DNA of 64,000 nucleotides from a virus: the IMG/VR virus record IMGVR_UViG_3300031473_000068; one strand, given 5' to 3'. The notes beneath the pieces were generated by a model, which had not been told where the DNA came from, made no database searches, and was given only the letters and a program-made list of their open reading frames with translations. The translations under genes and the position numbers were made by a program. Below are positions 9,029 through 18,773 of this stretch, one piece after another (position 1 is the stretch's first letter; each line of letters begins with the position of its first letter).

Positions 9029-9054
9029 AAGAGCCGTCGTGAATGGCGGCTCTT
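9029..9054 (+). terminator. Hairpin, putative terminator
   Basis: AAGAGCCGTC-loop-GGCGGCTCTT. Confidence 0.55.
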
Positions 9055-9086
9055 AATAAAATAATCAATGATGACAACATTCAAAA

Positions 9087-9287
9087 ATGATGAACTGCAA
9101 AAAATGTAATCGAGAAGCTAAAATGTTTTGGACAAACAAATCTAAAACAAATGGACATAGCGAAACGTTCCATCGTGATATGTGTCCTGAATGTTACGAA
9201 GAGGTGTATCGTAAAAAACCATTGACTTTGCATGAAATTAATGAACAAAGAAAAAAAACATCATGGGTAATCATCGGCAGCAAATGA
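9087..9287 (+). CDS. Small Cys-rich (CxxC...CxxC) protein
   Basis: CKKC and CPEC pairs. Confidence 0.6.
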   Translation: MMNCKKCNREAKMFWTNKSKTNGHSETFHRDMCPECYEEVYRKKPLTLHEINEQRKKTSWVIIGSK

Positions 9288-9610
9288 ATGATAAAGACAG
9301 GTTAGAATGGGATATTATGCAATACAATAAAAGGAAAGAAGCCCAGAGGGGGCATAATTACAAGTACTTAACTGATGACCTATGGAATAAATTAATTTCA
9401 GATGGTTATACTGAAACGACTTTTAGTAATGGAGAAAAAACAACGTTTTCAGAAAGTACAGCAGTCGGTGCAGTTCAAGAATTTAAAAGAAAATTTTATT
9501 ATGCTCGTATTATCTGTGTAGCTAATAAGCTAAGGATTAAGCAATATTCAGTTTGGTATAAAAAAGGCGTTCTTCTGCAAACATTAAACCTTAATAGCAA
9601 AAAATCATGA
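9284..9610 (+). CDS. Hypothetical protein
   Basis: ATGA overlaps with both neighbours. Confidence 0.6.
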   Translation: MNDKDRLEWDIMQYNKRKEAQRGHNYKYLTDDLWNKLISDGYTETTFSNGEKTTFSESTAVGAVQEFKRKFYYARIICVANKLRIKQYSVWYKKGVLLQTLNLNSKKS

Positions 9611-9873
9611 ACGGCTTAACCCTCCTGCAACTAAAAAAAGATCACGAAGAATGCCTTGACCTTCTGCGTCAAATGGGGGATAAGAAAAGGCTTATCCGGG
9701 CTGATAAGGATTACTGTAATTATTTCCTTGGTCAGACCGGGTATTGGTCTATTTTAAGAACACAAATGCTTGCTAAAAACGAGGCTGAGCTTGAGGCGCT
9801 GCAGAAGCAATATGAAGATGTGGCATGCGGGATAATTGATAAGATGTTTAAGGTTTTACAAAGTTCTTTTTAA
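9607..9873 (+). CDS. Hypothetical coiled-coil protein
   Basis: 88-aa ORF coupled to upstream gene. Confidence 0.6.
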   Translation: MNGLTLLQLKKDHEECLDLLRQMGDKKRLIRADKDYCNYFLGQTGYWSILRTQMLAKNEAELEALQKQYEDVACGIIDKMFKVLQSSF

Positions 9874-9883
9874 AATAAACATT

Positions 9884-10168
9884 ATGAAATTTATAGTCAG
9901 CAGTTTAGCTATTCGAAAGTTTCTTAAAGAAATTGATCTCGATGTTACGGATGGTGCTCATGAATTAGAAGTTCATATTAAAGAAAGGGAACTTTTTATG
10001 GGTAATAAAAAAATAAGTATTGAATCTTCTTTTGATTCTGATAAAGCTTTTGTAAGCGTTAAATCATTAAGAAAATTAAGTCAGATATGTGGTTTACTTA
10101 AAGAACAACCCATAGTTATTTTATTGGAGACAAATGAATGGATAAATATTCAATCAATAGTTATATAA
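9884..10168 (+). CDS. Hypothetical protein
   Basis: Likely start MKFIVSS. Confidence 0.6.
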   Translation: MKFIVSSLAIRKFLKEIDLDVTDGAHELEVHIKERELFMGNKKISIESSFDSDKAFVSVKSLRKLSQICGLLKEQPIVILLETNEWINIQSIVI

Positions 10169-10171
10169 GAA

Positions 10172-10594
10172 ATGACAACCATAATCATAATTGCCTTACT
10201 AATTAACATAATCGCAACCAGGTTAATTAACGCAAAGCCTAAAGAAAAATGTTGGGTTGACAGAACGGAAAATATTAAAATGACAATCGTAATCACAATT
10301 GTCTTACTCACTCACATAATCCTAAGCTTGTTTTTTAAAGCTAAAGGAAAGCCTAAAGAACAAAAGTATTGGGTTGACAGGCACGGCCGTATGTACGGCG
10401 AAGCAGAAAACAAAGACTATCAGGAAATAAAGAAACTTATTGATAGCTCAGATACGGTTATGAATTTAGATGGTCACCGGCATTCGTTAAGAAGGTATCG
10501 CATGATGTACGGGGATAATGCTTTGTATGAGGAATTGTGGGCAGAGTACGCAGCGCAGATGTGTGTGATTGATTGTTGGAGTGTAAAAAATTAG
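10172..10594 (+). CDS. Membrane protein with two TM-KPKE-WVDR units
   Basis: Internal repeat: TM...KPKEKCWVDR and TM...KPKEQKYWVDR. Confidence 0.55.
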   Translation: MTTIIIIALLINIIATRLINAKPKEKCWVDRTENIKMTIVITIVLLTHIILSLFFKAKGKPKEQKYWVDRHGRMYGEAENKDYQEIKKLIDSSDTVMNLDGHRHSLRRYRMMYGDNALYEELWAEYAAQMCVIDCWSVKN

Positions 10595-10709
10595 TATTGT
10601 AATTGAGATTAGGTAGAACTATTGGCCACACGGTTCATAAATTGTAAGTGCTACCCACAAGCCGAAATCAATTACAGTTTTTTAAAATGACGAATCAAAT
10701 ATTATATGC

Positions 10710-11075
10710 ATGAAGCAGAAAACAATAGAGGTACAAATACCCCTAATGTGTGGTGATGTGCAACTTACTTATATAATTGTTTGTAGAAACAAAAAGCAAG
10801 CCTGTGAATTGCTTGGTATTTCAAGGTATTACCTAAACAATTATGGTTACTGCAATGAGCCAAAAACTTCCGAAGCTATTAAAAATCCGTTTAGCAAGTT
10901 TGCATTTTTTGATAGTGGTTGGTTGAAAGAGTATAAGCCCGAATGGTACAGAAAAGTATTGCCTGCAAACGATATTGAAAACTATATATGGCAAATGAAA
11001 AAACTTTGTGCAGCAAACAAACCAAAGCAAAGTATTAATAATAAACTTGATTCATTTCAGCCCATGTATGTGTAG
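10710..11075 (+). CDS. Hypothetical protein
   Basis: 121-aa ORF. Confidence 0.6.
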   Translation: MKQKTIEVQIPLMCGDVQLTYIIVCRNKKQACELLGISRYYLNNYGYCNEPKTSEAIKNPFSKFAFFDSGWLKEYKPEWYRKVLPANDIENYIWQMKKLCAANKPKQSINNKLDSFQPMYV

Positions 11076-11115
11076 GGTGTGTGTCATAATTGGAGTGTAA
11101 AAAAAATTTTAAGAT

Positions 11116-11376
11116 ATGAATTACGAACAATTGAAAACATTTTGCAATTCTCTTACAGAAGAACAATTGCAGCAGGAAGTTTATCTATCACAAGTTGATG
11201 ATGCTGCTATAAAAGTTGAAAGAGCTATAGTATCAGAAGATGATAAGTATTTCGATCATTCTGATGCATTAGGTACTTTAGAAATGATTAAAGAAGAAGA
11301 TCCTGATGATTGGCAAGAGATTATTGCAGATGCAACATTATGTCCAAAAGGGACGGTTATGCTTTTAGATGAGTAA
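11116..11376 (+). CDS. Acidic hypothetical protein
   Basis: 86 aa, strongly D/E-rich. Confidence 0.7.
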   Translation: MNYEQLKTFCNSLTEEQLQQEVYLSQVDDAAIKVERAIVSEDDKYFDHSDALGTLEMIKEEDPDDWQEIIADATLCPKGTVMLLDE

Positions 11377-11545
11377 TGAATTTTAAAACTTTTTTCATAG
11401 CAATCGTTTAGAAAGTCCGCTCATTTCTATGGGTGGACAATATTGTAGAGAATAACATTTTTTTTTCATATATGGTAGTTTTAGTTTAAAAAAAGTTCCG
11501 GTTATTCTTGGCCGGAACTAAATATTGAAAATTCAAAAAAGAAAC

Positions 11546-11755
11546 ATGGAAATAATTAAAACATTCGGCAAAGCATCTAAGGAGGAAATTCTTGGAGGCG
11601 GCGTAGTAACAAGCGTTACATGGGAGCAATTACTGCCAGCCATATCTGAAATTATCAGATTGAGGGAGGATGAAATTATTGACGGTTTTAAGATTGACGA
11701 GGATCGTATTGCAATAAAATTAAGCAGAAAACGAGGACGCAAAACAAACATATGA
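11546..11755 (+). CDS. Hypothetical protein
   Basis: Likely start MEIIKTF. Confidence 0.6.
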   Translation: MEIIKTFGKASKEEILGGGVVTSVTWEQLLPAISEIIRLREDEIIDGFKIDEDRIAIKLSRKRGRKTNI

Positions 11756-11915
11756 AAAATAATTCCAGCTTCTCCATATTGCTTGTAAGAGCGGCTAAGA
11801 AAAAAGCTAAAATAAAATAAGAAGTGTAAGGTGCTGCCGATAAGCAAGCAGTTAAATGCCAGTTTCCCCTGAAGGATGAGGATAGGGTGCAGCCTTACAT
11901 TTTTAATAAAATAAT

Positions 11916-11941
11916 AAAGGCTGTACGGTAATACAGCCTTT
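11916..11941 (+). terminator. Hairpin, putative terminator
   Basis: AAAGGCTGTA-CGGTAA-TACAGCCTTT. Confidence 0.55.
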
Positions 11942-11984
11942 GAGCAACAATTTATAAACAAAAAACAAAACAAAAGTAAGCAAA

Positions 11985-12842
11985 ATGAGTAAGCAAAATG
12001 AAATAATGGCTTTGGCGACACAAGAATTGCCAACACTAAACGCCTTAGTAAAAATAAACACTGCACCAGGAACCGATGCATCAACAATTGCATTACAAGA
12101 GCTGGACTACCTACAGCAGCAGGCTATTGCAAAGCCTATAATATACGAGTGCGTGAAATCTCTGCCTGAGACTGTAATATCAGGTATTAAATACGTACTA
12201 AAAAACAACCTTTCATTTGACCCAAATGCTGGTTTGGTATATATCAAATCAAGAAACGTAGAAATCGGTGGACAATGGAAAAAGGCTTTGGAGGTTCAGC
12301 CTTCTGCCGACGGGTTAATATCTATTGCAAGACAATGCGGACGAATATTAGATGTAGACAGGCCGAGGGTGCTTAAAGATGATAAGGGGAAAGTAGTATC
12401 GGTAATAGCCCGGTTTTTAGTTCCATCTTTTGACGTAAACAGAAAACCGGTAGCAGAATGGAGAGAAAGAGAATATGACGAAAGTGACTTTAGCAGATGG
12501 AAGAATGCAAGTCATAAGGAAAACAGCAAAAACAAAAGTGATGCAGCCACAAAAGATTATTCAAATCCAAATTACAGAAGTTTTAACGGCGGCATTGATC
12601 CTGAGTTTGCCCGGGCAAAGGCTATAAGGCACGGATTGAAAAAACTTGGTACAAACCAAAACGAAACAAGAGCGACACAAATAATTACTTCAGCCGAAAA
12701 GAAAGTCATTGTTGACAATGGCGCTGATGAAGCTGCTATGCAGGACGAAACCGGACATGACTATATCAACCATGAAGAAGTAACTGCTTTAAATAATGTT
12801 GCTGTCACCTCTTACGAGGAAATGCAAATTCCTATACTATAA
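11985..12842 (+). CDS. RecT/Red-beta-like single-strand annealing protein
   Basis: NLSFDPNAGLVYI...QPSADGLISIARQCG pattern, AxAKAIRHGLK, acidic tail; next to exonuclease. Confidence 0.7.
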   Translation: MSKQNEIMALATQELPTLNALVKINTAPGTDASTIALQELDYLQQQAIAKPIIYECVKSLPETVISGIKYVLKNNLSFDPNAGLVYIKSRNVEIGGQWKKALEVQPSADGLISIARQCGRILDVDRPRVLKDDKGKVVSVIARFLVPSFDVNRKPVAEWREREYDESDFSRWKNASHKENSKNKSDAATKDYSNPNYRSFNGGIDPEFARAKAIRHGLKKLGTNQNETRATQIITSAEKKVIVDNGADEAAMQDETGHDYINHEEVTALNNVAVTSYEEMQIPIL

Positions 12843-13055
12843 GAACATGAAATTAAAGTTAAAAAATAATTCATATCTATTTAGTTGTATTTTTTTGAAA
12901 CTGCCATTTAGTTATGCAATTAGAGTTAAGTGTGAAAAAATTACAGATAATCCTCATCCACCATTTGTCGCGGTTGTAAACATATATAAGGTGAGTTTTT
13001 ATCTATGCAGGAAAACTTGCAAACCAATTTTTTATATTATAAAATAACAGATAAA

Positions 13056-14159
13056 ATGGAAACTCCGGCAATAAAACAAAATCATCAAAAAGCAGATGTC
13101 AACTTAGATTTAAAGCGACACGCTTGGGGAGAAATGGGGATAGTCGTTTACAAAAAAGAACTTGAATTTCAGGTACAGGCGCAGGCATCTCTTTCAAAGC
13201 TTGAAAACCCTCCTGCTGCAATTGAGGAAATACCGGCTGCTGAAATGGCTCTAAAAGAAGTAAAAGCAGACCAGGCAAAACTAATGGATGAGCGGAAGAA
13301 AATTACCGCTCAATTTGATGCAGTCACTCAAAGACTAATGGATCCGGAAAAATCATTTGCAGTACCTGTTGCAGATTTTTCTAATGCAATTATTAAGGTT
13401 ACGAAAGAACATGAAAAAAAAGAAGCTGAAAAGAAACTGAAAGGAGATGAAATTAATAGTATCAGGCAGCAAGTTTCTACAGAGGCAGCTAATTGGGATG
13501 CTAAATTTAAAAATATTACACTTGATAAAGTAGGTATTGCTTATGAATTTGCTTTGAATAAAGGAATAGAGTTTATAAAAATTGATGAATATTTAAGCAA
13601 GGTTAGTAATCAAATTACAGAAAGCACTTTTAAGCCTATTATTTCGTCACCAGTTATTAAGTATTGCACACCTGAAGAATTAGAAGAAATTATTGATGAA
13701 CTATTTATAATTTATCCTTTTAAATATGTTCAATTGTTTCAGGAAGAACTTAAAAAACGTTTTTCGGATTATGAAGTTGCTTTTAGCAACAAGCTGCAGG
13801 CTATTGAATTAGCAAAGCAAGAACAACAACGCAAAGGGCAGGAGATATTAGAGCAACAGCAAAACAAGGCAGCGGCGGCACAACTTGAAGCTATTGCAAT
13901 TGTGCATAGTATTGAGCCTGCTGGCATTAAAGCTCTAAAGAAATGCTATGAGGTGGATATGGAGGAAACTTATGATAATGCTATGAAAATACTTGCTGCA
14001 TTTCTTGCAAACAAGACAGCGTGTCAGCCTAAGACATCTACTAAAAAATGGTTTTCATTCTCGGCTGATAGTGCGGCTAAGGCATTGGCAAAAGTCAAAA
14101 GTGATGACAATAATTTTTCACCTGCTGGTATCATCTGGAAGGAGGTAGATAAATTATGA
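13056..14159 (+). CDS. Coiled-coil protein of recombination module
   Basis: Likely start METPAIK; long helical heptad pattern. Confidence 0.65.
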   Translation: METPAIKQNHQKADVNLDLKRHAWGEMGIVVYKKELEFQVQAQASLSKLENPPAAIEEIPAAEMALKEVKADQAKLMDERKKITAQFDAVTQRLMDPEKSFAVPVADFSNAIIKVTKEHEKKEAEKKLKGDEINSIRQQVSTEAANWDAKFKNITLDKVGIAYEFALNKGIEFIKIDEYLSKVSNQITESTFKPIISSPVIKYCTPEELEEIIDELFIIYPFKYVQLFQEELKKRFSDYEVAFSNKLQAIELAKQEQQRKGQEILEQQQNKAAAAQLEAIAIVHSIEPAGIKALKKCYEVDMEETYDNAMKILAAFLANKTACQPKTSTKKWFSFSADSAAKALAKVKSDDNNFSPAGIIWKEVDKL

Positions 14160-14434
14160 AAATAATAGCACAAACATCAGGAGGGTTTTTAATTGAATCA
14201 AACAGCGAAGAAATTGCTCAAATACTTGGGTTTTATTATTCCGGGTCTTCGGGTTGTCCAAAAATACAAACAGGTCTAATAATAAAGGTGAGTGACATGT
14301 TTAAAAGACTTGAGCAAATAAAATATAACAGCAAAAGAGTAAAAGAAACAAGATCAAAACTGAGGGAGATACTATTAACACTTGACAATCTTGAAACAAC
14401 ATTAGTCGAAGAAAATTTAGCAGATAAAGAATGA
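14156..14434 (+). CDS. Hypothetical protein
   Basis: ATGA-coupled ORF. Confidence 0.65.
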   Translation: MKIIAQTSGGFLIESNSEEIAQILGFYYSGSSGCPKIQTGLIIKVSDMFKRLEQIKYNSKRVKETRSKLREILLTLDNLETTLVEENLADKE

Positions 14435-15057
14435 TTACCTATTCAAATATTGTCAGATATGATGGCCTTCCTTTCGATGAGTACTTAAAGCTGCCAGCTT
14501 TATCTCACTCATTCCTGAAGCGTGAAAAAATGGGTATTACAGAAGACCTAAAAATGACAGATAATATCCGTATTGGCAGCTTGGTAGATGATATTATCAC
14601 GCAACCCTCTAAAGCTGATATGTATAGTCCTCTTTACCCTTATGCCCGCAACATTGCAGCGGTTATAAGAAACAGGTTTGGCAGTCTGATTAACCAATTT
14701 CAAAAGCAGGTAAGCTATACGGCAGATGCTTCTTTCGGAGACTTTACAATGCCGGTAAAAGGCAGATTGGACTTTCTTATACCTAATCTGGCTGTCATTG
14801 ATTTGAAAGTTACTATGTCAAAAGACTTGCGCGGCCTTATTGAATTTATGGGATATAAAAATCAGGACTGGCATTATTCAAAATTATCTATTGTGCCAAA
14901 TGCTTACCTCATGATTTATAGCATTCCGCTCAAAAAGACTGAGATAGTTAAGGTTGACTGCAGCAGTAATGACAATCCGTTCTGGGGAGATAAAATAACA
15001 AAATTTGGAAAGGTGCTTTATAAGCCAAACGACGAAATAAGATTAGTAACCCATTAA
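14431..15057 (+). CDS. PD-(D/E)xK exonuclease (RecE/DUF3799-like)
   Basis: GSLVD and KGRLDFL...VIDLK motifs. Confidence 0.75.
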   Translation: MITYSNIVRYDGLPFDEYLKLPALSHSFLKREKMGITEDLKMTDNIRIGSLVDDIITQPSKADMYSPLYPYARNIAAVIRNRFGSLINQFQKQVSYTADASFGDFTMPVKGRLDFLIPNLAVIDLKVTMSKDLRGLIEFMGYKNQDWHYSKLSIVPNAYLMIYSIPLKKTEIVKVDCSSNDNPFWGDKITKFGKVLYKPNDEIRLVTH

Positions 15058-15066
15058 AAGGCAATT

Positions 15067-15417
15067 ATGAATAAATGTCCGATTTGCGGTAAAGAAGTAG
15101 GCGTTTACCACGAAGTAACTTTTAAAGAGCCTTATGTACACAACAACCCTTACGATGGGATGCATTTATACGGTGCATTTTCTTCGCCAAAAGAAACTAT
15201 CTGTTATGAAAACAACTTTTTGCACTTTGCTTTTTACGATGCAGAAAACAACTTAACAGACCATAGGCTTATACAGCTTGGCGTTGAAAATCCAACTACA
15301 AAAAGCCCATCCGATGAATATTTTGAAATGTCGTTACAAGATTATGAGGATGAAAGAGACGATTTTGAATTTACAGAAAAATTTCAATTATCAAACGATG
15401 ATGACTTGCCATTCTAA
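15067..15417 (+). CDS. Acidic protein with N-terminal CPxCG and SSB-like DDDLPF C-terminus
   Basis: Sequence ends SNDDDLPF. Confidence 0.65.
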   Translation: MNKCPICGKEVGVYHEVTFKEPYVHNNPYDGMHLYGAFSSPKETICYENNFLHFAFYDAENNLTDHRLIQLGVENPTTKSPSDEYFEMSLQDYEDERDDFEFTEKFQLSNDDDLPF

Positions 15418-15478
15418 TCTTTTTTGATCCATACCGTTAAAAAAACATTGGAAAAAAAACTTAATAAAATAAACCACC

Positions 15479-15898
15479 ATGCCAGAAATTAAAACAGAAA
15501 AAAAATCACTCAGGTACGATTTCAAAGCGAGAGAGACACATGAAATGTCTATGCAGCTTGCCCAAAAAACTATTGAAGGGGTAGAGATTGAAAATGAATC
15601 TAAAGCTGTGCAATCGCAGTACACCTCGCGACTTAAAGTTGTTAAATCTGAAGTAGGTAAGCTATCCCGGCAAATACAAGACGGTTGGGAACTCAGGGAA
15701 ATAGAGTGTGATATTGAATATCACAAACCTGCTAAAGGTAAAAAGACTATTACCCGCAAGGATAATATGCACGAATGGGTTGAGCCAATGGAAAGCTGGG
15801 AGTGGACGCTTTTCAATCAACCAGAGGATGAAGATGATGCAGTTCAAGAGGCTGAGGTAGTAGTTGAAGATAACGGACCTAAATTATTGGAAAATTAA
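15479..15898 (+). CDS. Conserved phage hypothetical protein
   Basis: 139-aa ORF, coiled coil then acidic tail. Confidence 0.7.
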   Translation: MPEIKTEKKSLRYDFKARETHEMSMQLAQKTIEGVEIENESKAVQSQYTSRLKVVKSEVGKLSRQIQDGWELREIECDIEYHKPAKGKKTITRKDNMHEWVEPMESWEWTLFNQPEDEDDAVQEAEVVVEDNGPKLLEN

Positions 15899-16602
15899 TG
15901 ATAGGCATTTATAAAATAACAAGTCCAATGGGCAGGTTTTACATCGGACAAAGCCGGGATATCGAACGAAGGTTTGCTACTTATAAACGATTAAGCTGCA
16001 AATCTCAACCTAAACTTTACGCCTCGTTGGTTAAGTATGGTGTTAATAATCATTATTTTGAAGTATTGGTTGAATGCGAAGAAAGTGAACTTAATTATTA
16101 CGAAACTTTTTATATCCGCCAAAACCAAAGTTTTAGATCCCAAAACCTGAATTGCAGAATGGACGGGATTTATCAAATGGCGTCCGATGAGACAAGAAAA
16201 AAAATCAGCGAAATTAATAAAGGCAGGGTTGTTTCCGAAGAAACCAGACTAAAATTGAGTTTAAATGCAAAAGGTAAGCCATCGCCGAACAAAGGAAAAA
16301 AGGTGGCACCTGAGATTGTACAAAAGCAAAGGATAAAACTAATTGAAGGAGGAAAAGTTAAAGGGCCTAACAACCCTTTCTACGGTAAGACGCATAGCGA
16401 AGCAAACCTTAGCAAAATGCGCGGTAAATCTAAAGGAGTCGGCGGCTTAAATAATACAGCAAAACTTGTAATTAACACAGAGACGGGAATGTTTTACGAC
16501 TGTATAAAAGATGCTGCTGAGTCAATTCTATTGAAGCCCTACGTTCTTAGTAAAATGCTGAGAGGTGACAGGAAAAACAAAACATCATTTATTTATGCCT
16601 GA
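15898..16602 (+). CDS. GIY-YIG homing endonuclease with NUMOD3 and C-terminal NUMOD1-like motifs
   Basis: GIYKIT...YIGQS; SDETRKKISE/SEETRLKLS repeats; NPFYGKTHS. Confidence 0.88.
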   Translation: MIGIYKITSPMGRFYIGQSRDIERRFATYKRLSCKSQPKLYASLVKYGVNNHYFEVLVECEESELNYYETFYIRQNQSFRSQNLNCRMDGIYQMASDETRKKISEINKGRVVSEETRLKLSLNAKGKPSPNKGKKVAPEIVQKQRIKLIEGGKVKGPNNPFYGKTHSEANLSKMRGKSKGVGGLNNTAKLVINTETGMFYDCIKDAAESILLKPYVLSKMLRGDRKNKTSFIYA

Positions 16603-18157
16603 ACTAAGAATATATCAGCACCGGCTTATTGATGCACTGTCAAAGAAGGCAGCATTAGGCAAAAAAAGGCTTATTGCTCAACTCGCAACAGGCGGAGGTA
16701 AGACCGTGTGTTTTGCCGGATTGATACAAAGATTCTTAATTAAGCAACAAAAGAGGGTTGTAATTATTGTTCATAGGGAAGAGCTTTTAAAGCAAGCGGT
16801 AAGAACACTGTTTGAATGGTATAATATATCTGCGGCTCCTGTTACCGCAGATACAAATTATCTCCCTAATGTTATGGTGTACGTTGGTATGGTAGAAACC
16901 GTCAATAACAGGCTAAAGAAAAATCCTGCATATTTCGGTAATGTCGGATTGCTTATTGCCGACGAATGTCACGTTGGAAATCACAAGAAAGTATATGATT
17001 ATTTTAAAGAATCTATTATAATAGGATTTACTGCGACGCCAATATCCGGAAGCAAAAAAGATCCTCTAAAAAACTACTTTGAAGATATTTGCTGTGGCAT
17101 TGATATTCCCGATTTGATTGCAGAAAGAAGCCTGGTGCAGAACAGGACATACCATATACGAAATATCGAAAGAAAAAACCTTCTTATAAAAAATGGAGAA
17201 TTTGATGAGGCGCAAATGGGCTCTGTTTTTTCATCTTCAAAGCATGTACATAATTGTCTTAAAGCATATCGTGACTATTCAGAAGGTAAAAAGACGATCA
17301 TATTCAATTGCAACATAGCACACTCAAAAAAAGTTAATGATGCTTTTTTGAGTTACGGTTATCCATCCAAGCATTTGGATGGGGAGACCGACCATAAAGA
17401 ACGTGGCGAAATTCTACAGTGGTTTAAAAAAACACCGAATGCCATCTTAAATAATTGTTCAGTACTCACAACAGGATTCGATGAAACATCTATAATAACC
17501 GGAATTATTAACAGGTCAACAATGTCAACTTCCTTGTGGCTGCAGATGGCAGGAAGGATGGCGAGGCCTCACACCGGAAAAGAATATTTCCAAATCATTG
17601 ACATGGGCGGCAATGCTTTGTATCATGGCGACTGGTGCGAAAGCCGTGATTGGTCTGATATATTTTTCAATCCTGAAAAGCCAAAAGGACCCGGTGAAGC
17701 GCCTGTAAAAGCGTGTGTAAGCTGCAATGTCTTAATTCATCTTTCTCAACGAATTTGCCCTCACTGTGGCGCCTTAAACGCCCAGGCCGTTAAGTATGAT
17801 GAAGGTATTGTACAATTCGAACTCCTTTCCAGCCAAAAGCCTATTGATATTAATGTTAAGCAATTGATTGCCGAGCAGGCATGTAAGCTTAAAGCAGATG
17901 GTCAGCCTTACAAAGATATTTCGGTGTTGCACACTATTAAATACAAAATAATTATTCATGCTCAAAGAATTTGGCGGCTTAAAAAGATTGATGATAAGAC
18001 GGCTTATAAGCTTATTGTATTTTATGAGCAGCGCGTAAAAGACTGGGTTGATATCAAAGGTGAAAAGTATGCCTGGTGCAATAATATTGCTAAAGAGTGG
18101 ATGATGGCAGAACTAAAACGGACTTTTGATTGGGAACCGGTAAAATTAACAGCGTGA
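16595..18157 (+). CDS. SF2 DEAD/DEAH helicase (RadD/YejH-like) with zinc finger
   Basis: ATGGGKT, DECH, TATP, QMAGR; CVSC/CPHC. Confidence 0.9.
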   Translation: MPELRIYQHRLIDALSKKAALGKKRLIAQLATGGGKTVCFAGLIQRFLIKQQKRVVIIVHREELLKQAVRTLFEWYNISAAPVTADTNYLPNVMVYVGMVETVNNRLKKNPAYFGNVGLLIADECHVGNHKKVYDYFKESIIIGFTATPISGSKKDPLKNYFEDICCGIDIPDLIAERSLVQNRTYHIRNIERKNLLIKNGEFDEAQMGSVFSSSKHVHNCLKAYRDYSEGKKTIIFNCNIAHSKKVNDAFLSYGYPSKHLDGETDHKERGEILQWFKKTPNAILNNCSVLTTGFDETSIITGIINRSTMSTSLWLQMAGRMARPHTGKEYFQIIDMGGNALYHGDWCESRDWSDIFFNPEKPKGPGEAPVKACVSCNVLIHLSQRICPHCGALNAQAVKYDEGIVQFELLSSQKPIDINVKQLIAEQACKLKADGQPYKDISVLHTIKYKIIIHAQRIWRLKKIDDKTAYKLIVFYEQRVKDWVDIKGEKYAWCNNIAKEWMMAELKRTFDWEPVKLTA

Positions 18158-18561
18158 AATTAGAAAATCAGGTATGCAGTTTAGAACAGGCAAAAGAACT
18201 AAACGAGTTAGGGATAAAACGAGAAAGCTTATTTGTATGGAAATGTAATTCAAAACAGGATGCGGTTATTGACATACAAATGAAGCATTGGATCAGCCGT
18301 TATGCCGGGTTTGTAAAAAATCATTTTTTTTCTGCCTTTACTGTGGCTGAATTAGGAGTAATGCTACCTAACAAATATTTGAGCGGTAAGATTGATAACA
18401 ATATCTATAACTGCTGGCAATTTGATGATTTTATGCAAATTCGCACATATAATACTTATCAAAGTGAAACCGAATCTGAAGCACGCGCCTCCATGCTTAT
18501 TCATCTTTTAGAAAACAAGATTATCACGGCCGATGAAGTAAATAAAAGATTAACAGCATGA
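18154..18561 (+). CDS. Phage hypothetical protein
   Basis: GTG start overlapping helicase stop; VCSLEQAKELNELG...AFTVAELGVMLP. Confidence 0.65.
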   Translation: MKLENQVCSLEQAKELNELGIKRESLFVWKCNSKQDAVIDIQMKHWISRYAGFVKNHFFSAFTVAELGVMLPNKYLSGKIDNNIYNCWQFDDFMQIRTYNTYQSETESEARASMLIHLLENKIITADEVNKRLTA

Positions 18562-18773
18562 CCAAAGAGCAAGACCACCTGCAGCGTTTTATGTTTCGCG
18601 TACATAACATGCGTGAACTGCAAAAGAAGTATTTCGCCGGTAACAGAAATGTTTTTAACGATGCTAAGAAATCTGAGGTTGCTGTTGATAATGCACTAAA
18701 AAAGCTTTGCGGTGATCTGGGCTATAGCATGGAAGATATATCCAATAAATATGAACAAACCAAATTATTGTAA
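18558..18773 (+). CDS. Hypothetical protein
   Basis: ATGA-coupled ORF. Confidence 0.65.
   Translation: MTKEQDHLQRFMFRVHNMRELQKKYFAGNRNVFNDAKKSEVAVDNALKKLCGDLGYSMEDISNKYEQTKLL

Noticed and set aside
11533-12093. 186-aa minus-strand ORF and the many other short antisense ORFs in the track (e.g. 26841-27350, 42262-42843, 36495-37091)
   Set aside because: They are shadows of well-supported plus-strand genes, with atypical composition and no motifs.
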